Below, piece after piece: positions 60,237 through 64,000 of a stretch of DNA of 64,000 nt. The notes under the pieces were generated by a model. It saw nothing but the letters and a program-made list of their open reading frames with translations, did not search any database and was not told where the DNA came from. The DNA comes from an uncultured Verrucomicrobiae bacterium (lineage in GTDB: Bacteria; Verrucomicrobiota; Verrucomicrobiia; Limisphaerales; Palsa-1400), in NCBI GenBank assembly GCA_963702845.1, contig OY969763.1:3584001-3648000 (forward strand), written 5' to 3'. The position numbers were made by a program, and so were the translations under genes. Numbering within the stretch: the first letter of the stretch is position 1; each line of letters opens with the position of its first letter.

Positions 60237-60659
60237 TTATACGGCAGCAGTCAGGGTTGCTTTGCGCGGCTTTTTAGAGCGGGGCAGAATTGATTTGGCA
60301 GCCAATTTCGGAGCTTTCTGTTTTGGGACCTTGATGACCGGGGCATTTCGATCTCGAAACGCGATGGCATCCTCGTCGAGCAAAATGAGATAGCGTCCGC
60401 AATTGCCGCAGGTCGCGGCGTCGAGGCCGAGGACCAAAGAATTGATCACGTTGAGTGGGACCTGGATTTGGCAGCCTTTGCAAACACCGTTTTGAACCCG
60501 CGCCACGCCTTTTTTCCCGCGCGAGAGGAATTTGTCGAAGTGATTGAGGATGTGAGCGGGAATCTGTTCACGCAAGGCCAGTGAGACGGTGGGGTCTTTA
60601 CCAGGCGTTTCGAGAGACATCGTTTGCAGCGTCAACAATTGCGAAATACATTTCTTCAC
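60237..60659 (-). CDS. C4-type zinc-ribbon protein (DUF164/zf-RING_7-like), short form
   Basis: GVARVQNGVCKGCQIQVP...CGNCGRYL. Confidence 0.78.
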   Translation of the reverse strand: MKKCISQLLTLQTMSLETPGKDPTVSLALREQIPAHILNHFDKFLSRGKKGVARVQNGVCKGCQIQVPLNVINSLVLGLDAATCGNCGRYLILLDEDAIAFRDRNAPVIKVPKQKAPKLAAKSILPRSKKPRKATLTAAV

Positions 60660-60724
60660 AACTGACGTTGGTGCCGAAAGTTCGAGATAGCGAGACTTTA
60701 ATTTGGCGCCGCGAGGAACCTGCT

Positions 60725-61135
60725 TTAACAAATGACTTCAAACTCGCCGACTTGACGGAAGTGTTTATCAAACGACGCCGCCCGCTGTAAACCAAGACGA
60801 CGCATGACAACGAACGACACAGCATCGCAAAACGAATATTGCTTGTCATTGTGCTGCCGCAATAAATCCAGCGCTTCTGATTCCTCGACTGGCGATATCG
60901 GCTCCCACTTCATCGCCCGATTCTGTTGGGCATCGTTGATTATTTGTAAACGGATCTGAGATGAGCGTGTGAAGTGCGCGTGGACTTCGGCAAAAACCAA
61001 ACTTGTGAACACAAGCTGCGTTCGCTCGGCGAGAAGTTGTCGGGTCGATTGGCGAGCCTTTTCATGCCACGGCTCCCGACAGTCGCGCAACGCAATCCAG
61101 AACGAAGAGTCTATAAAGACCTTTCCGGTCATCAA
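60725..61135 (-). CDS. vapC: PIN-domain toxin
   Basis: VFIDSSFWIAL, VFAEV, SFCDAVSFVVM, SFDKHF. Confidence 0.9.
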   Translation of the reverse strand: MMTGKVFIDSSFWIALRDCREPWHEKARQSTRQLLAERTQLVFTSLVFAEVHAHFTRSSQIRLQIINDAQQNRAMKWEPISPVEESEALDLLRQHNDKQYSFCDAVSFVVMRRLGLQRAASFDKHFRQVGEFEVIC

Positions 61136-61623
61136 CGCTTTCGCTCCTCTTCTTCCAATTTGCTGATCATCTCGTCGTAAGCTTTGGCACTCGCCGGATT
61201 TTCAAAGTAATCGTCCGGCAACGGCGGCGCCTCCACCCACTCGCCCTTTTGCTTAATCCATTTTTTCGGGCCGCCGTAGAGGTAATGATCATGGTTGATC
61301 GCGCCGTCCTCAGGGCCCATGAAATTTGGATCAGCCGGCTGATCAAGCAGCGGGTTGTTCATCCAAACGTCATCCGGAAGCTCCATTTTTTCATCGATGT
61401 AATCGCGAATAACCGCAGCCATCGGTGTGCCCAGGCGCGATGCTTCTGCCTGCACGAACTGATGTTCCTGCCTGCTCAAGTATATTTGCGTTCTAATCAT
61501 TGGGCTCCCTCCCAGCGTTTCTTCAGGCCGCAGCGCCAGCGCGTCCCGCAGCATCGCACCTTGCGGTTTATGCGCAGGATATTTTGCGGACTTAACCTGT
61601 TTCTTCGCTTTCATACATTCCAA
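61132..61623 (-). CDS. Putative RHH antitoxin (VapB-like)
   Basis: MIRTQIYL...MAAVIRDYID RHH, DGAINHDHYLYG tail; stop overlaps the vapC start. Confidence 0.75.
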   Translation of the reverse strand: MECMKAKKQVKSAKYPAHKPQGAMLRDALALRPEETLGGSPMIRTQIYLSRQEHQFVQAEASRLGTPMAAVIRDYIDEKMELPDDVWMNNPLLDQPADPNFMGPEDGAINHDHYLYGGPKKWIKQKGEWVEAPPLPDDYFENPASAKAYDEMISKLEEEERKR

Positions 61624-61645
61624 TGTATATACATCACTGCTCCTG

Positions 61646-63208
61646 TCAACCTTTTTTCATCAAGCAATATTCCATGCTATCGACAAGCGCCTGGAGGCTC
61701 GCCTCGATAATGTTGTCATCGACTCCGACAGTCCCCCATTCATCCTTGCCATCGCTCGATTGGATGAGCACACGCGTCTTTGCCGCTGTGCCCGTGGCTG
61801 AATCCAGAATGCGCACTTTATAGTCGGTGAGCTTTATTTTTTTCACCTGGGGATAAAATTCCGACAACGCTTCGCGCAACGCTTTATCGAGAGCGTTCAC
61901 GGGACCGTCGCCTTCAGCAACAGTGTGTGCCTCTTTGCCATCAACGTGCACCTTGATCGTCGCTTCACAAATCGACTTACCACCTTCACCGCGCATCGAA
62001 ACATGATACCCATGCACTTTAAACGGCAATTGGTGGTGATGCATCGCCTTGCGAATCAATACGGCCAGCGATCCAGCCGCTGCCTCAAATTCATAACCCT
62101 CGTGTTCCAGTTGCTTGATTCGACCCAAAATTGCTTTCAACTCCGGCGTATCATTGCTCAGCTTGATGCCGAGCTCCTGCGCCTTCATCACAATATTACT
62201 GCGCCCGGCCAAGTCGCTGATCAGCACCGTGCGAGTATTACCGACGACCGATGGATCGACATGCTCGTAGCTGCTGACCAACTTCTGCACCGCATTCACA
62301 TGCGTGCCGCCCTTGTGTGAAAACGCCGCCGAGCCTACCCACGGCTGCCGCGGGCTGTGGCGCAAGTTCGCAATCTCATCCACAAACTGCGACAATTCCT
62401 TCAACTGGCGCAACGCGCGATCCGGCAAACAAAACTTCTTCATCTTGAGAGCCACGTTCGGAATCACGCTCGTCAAATTACAATTGCCCGTGCGTTCGCC
62501 GTAGCCGTTGATCGTCCCTTGCACATGCACCGCGCCGACTTCTAAACCGGCCAAGGCATTCGCCACTCCGAGACCGATGTCATCGTGCGTATGCATGCCG
62601 ATCGGACGCTTCAAATGTTCGCGCGCCACCTTCGTGATGGTCGCAATCTCGCCAGGCAAAGAGCCACCGTTTGTGTCGCACAAAACGATGATATCTGCTC
62701 CAGCCTCCTCGGCCGCCTTCCATGTCGCGATAGCATACTTTGGATCGAGCTTATAACCGTCGAACGCGTGCTCTGCGTCATAAACGACATATTTTCGATG
62801 CGACTTTAAATGCCGCACCGTATCCGCGATCATCGCCAAATTCTCCGCCGGCGTCGTTCGCAAAACTTCCTTCACGTGCAACATGGAGGTCTTCCCGTAA
62901 ATCGTCACGACAGGCGTCGCGGCGTCGAGCAATAGCTGCACCTGTTCGTCGTCCTCAACGCGCACTCCTTTTCGCCGCGTCGATCCAAACGCCGCCAGTT
63001 TCGCGTTCTTAAACTTCTTCCGTTTCGCCTGTGCGAAAAATTCAATATCCTTTGGATTCGACCCCGGCCAGCCGCCTTCAATGTAATGCACACCGAACGC
63101 GTCGAGTCTTTCGGCAATTCGCAGCTTATCCGCGACCGAAAAATTGATGCCTTCACCCTGACTGCCATCGCGCAGGGTCGTGTCATATATTTCCACTTCA
63201 GGTCTCAT
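61646..63208 (-). CDS. cimA: Citramalate synthase
   Basis: YDTTLRDGSQGEG, EGGWPGSNPKD, DAEHAFDG, HTHDD, GYGERTGN, HKGG, GDGPVNALD. Confidence 0.9.
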   Translation of the reverse strand: MRPEVEIYDTTLRDGSQGEGINFSVADKLRIAERLDAFGVHYIEGGWPGSNPKDIEFFAQAKRKKFKNAKLAAFGSTRRKGVRVEDDEQVQLLLDAATPVVTIYGKTSMLHVKEVLRTTPAENLAMIADTVRHLKSHRKYVVYDAEHAFDGYKLDPKYAIATWKAAEEAGADIIVLCDTNGGSLPGEIATITKVAREHLKRPIGMHTHDDIGLGVANALAGLEVGAVHVQGTINGYGERTGNCNLTSVIPNVALKMKKFCLPDRALRQLKELSQFVDEIANLRHSPRQPWVGSAAFSHKGGTHVNAVQKLVSSYEHVDPSVVGNTRTVLISDLAGRSNIVMKAQELGIKLSNDTPELKAILGRIKQLEHEGYEFEAAAGSLAVLIRKAMHHHQLPFKVHGYHVSMRGEGGKSICEATIKVHVDGKEAHTVAEGDGPVNALDKALREALSEFYPQVKKIKLTDYKVRILDSATGTAAKTRVLIQSSDGKDEWGTVGVDDNIIEASLQALVDSMEYCLMKKG

Positions 63209-63356
63209 AAAATCCGCCACAGCGGAACTCAGTATTTACGTCATGGAAGCTTCAATTGCACGAATTATCAAGGGAGCGGGCACCCTCAAAACCAGCTGGC
63301 ACACGTGTGAATAATTCCCTCTGGTCTCAATGCAACTGCGCAGTAAGTTACCCTGT

Positions 63357-64000
63357 ATGGCCGCTTCGCAGACTGCAAAACCACTGACTTGGGCATCCGG
63401 CTCCACGCCGGGCTTGAAAGCCGGCACTTCAATTATTCACAGGATGTCGCCCATCTCGATAACTATCCTGACCGCCGCAACCGCTCTCGGACTGGACCTC
63501 GCGATCGGCACCTTCGCCTCGGAAGCGACCGATGCCTTCTATTTTATGGCCGCTGCAGCCGGCGCTTACGTCGGGGGCTGGCGGTTCGGGTTGTTCTCTG
63601 TCGCACTAGGACTGCTGCCAAACGTCGTCCTCTTCAACACCCCACATTACTCACTTGCGATCGGTGTCTATGGTTGGGAACACGTTGTGGTAACCAGCGT
63701 CATAGCGGCGGTTCTCGCAGCACTTGTGGGGCGCCTGCGCAAAGAACAAGACGCTTTGAAAAACCTCAACAACGAACTCGAAATTCGCGTTAGCCATCGC
63801 ACTGCCGAACTCAAGGAGTCCAATCGCCAACTCGAAGCCTTTTGCCACACCCTCGCTCATGACCTCCGCGCTCCGTTGCGCGCTATCCAAGGCTTCTCTC
63901 AGATTACACTCGCCGACCACGCTCACCAAATCGGCGACATCGGCATACAAGATCTAACCCGCATCGGCACCTCCGCCGAGATGATGGGTCGCCTTATCCA
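63357..64000 (+). CDS. Membrane sensor histidine kinase, 3'-partial (start uncertain: 63330/63357/63444)
   Basis: Open frame to the window end (not in the ORF track): TM segments, then ELEIRVSHRTAELKESNRQLEAFCHTLAHDLRAPLRAIQGF (HisKA H-box). Confidence 0.85.
   Translation, partial: MAASQTAKPLTWASGSTPGLKAGTSIIHRMSPISITILTAATALGLDLAIGTFASEATDAFYFMAAAAGAYVGGWRFGLFSVALGLLPNVVLFNTPHYSLAIGVYGWEHVVVTSVIAAVLAALVGRLRKEQDALKNLNNELEIRVSHRTAELKESNRQLEAFCHTLAHDLRAPLRAIQGFSQITLADHAHQIGDIGIQDLTRIGTSAEMMGRLI

Overview
Bacterial chromosomal window of about 55-60% GC (by eye). Gene content (GloVer-repeat, TIGR02597-like, DUF1800/DUF1501, DUF4623-like and DUF6797-like proteins) suggests a Verrucomicrobiota (Pedosphaerales-like) genome. 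Many single-base frameshifts in core genes (rpoD, nifS, asd, cmk) look like long-read indel errors. Housekeeping genes (rpoD-like, nifS, asd, anmK, aroA-cmk-plsC, hisS, rpsB-tsf, valS, cimA) alternate with a cluster of large secreted proteins (18.6-31.3 kb) and two accessory islands, each starting just upstream of an aminoacyl-tRNA synthetase gene. The hisS-tsf island carries a collapsed type I R-M scar, a DUF3644 (HEPN-motif) gene and a coupled RecQ-PRTase/DprA pair, a candidate defence locus. The most unusual signal is non-coding and occurs twice, upstream of hisS (35428-35907) and of valS (56135-56433). Both copies read, on the minus strand: near-consensus sigma70 promoter, then a Nus boxA-like sequence, then 3-4 different arrays of 10-11 bp tandem direct repeats. 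The two copies share this layout but not their repeat units. I found no rRNA, tRNA, CRISPR array, integrase or transposase. Family names are from motif recognition only; no database search was run.
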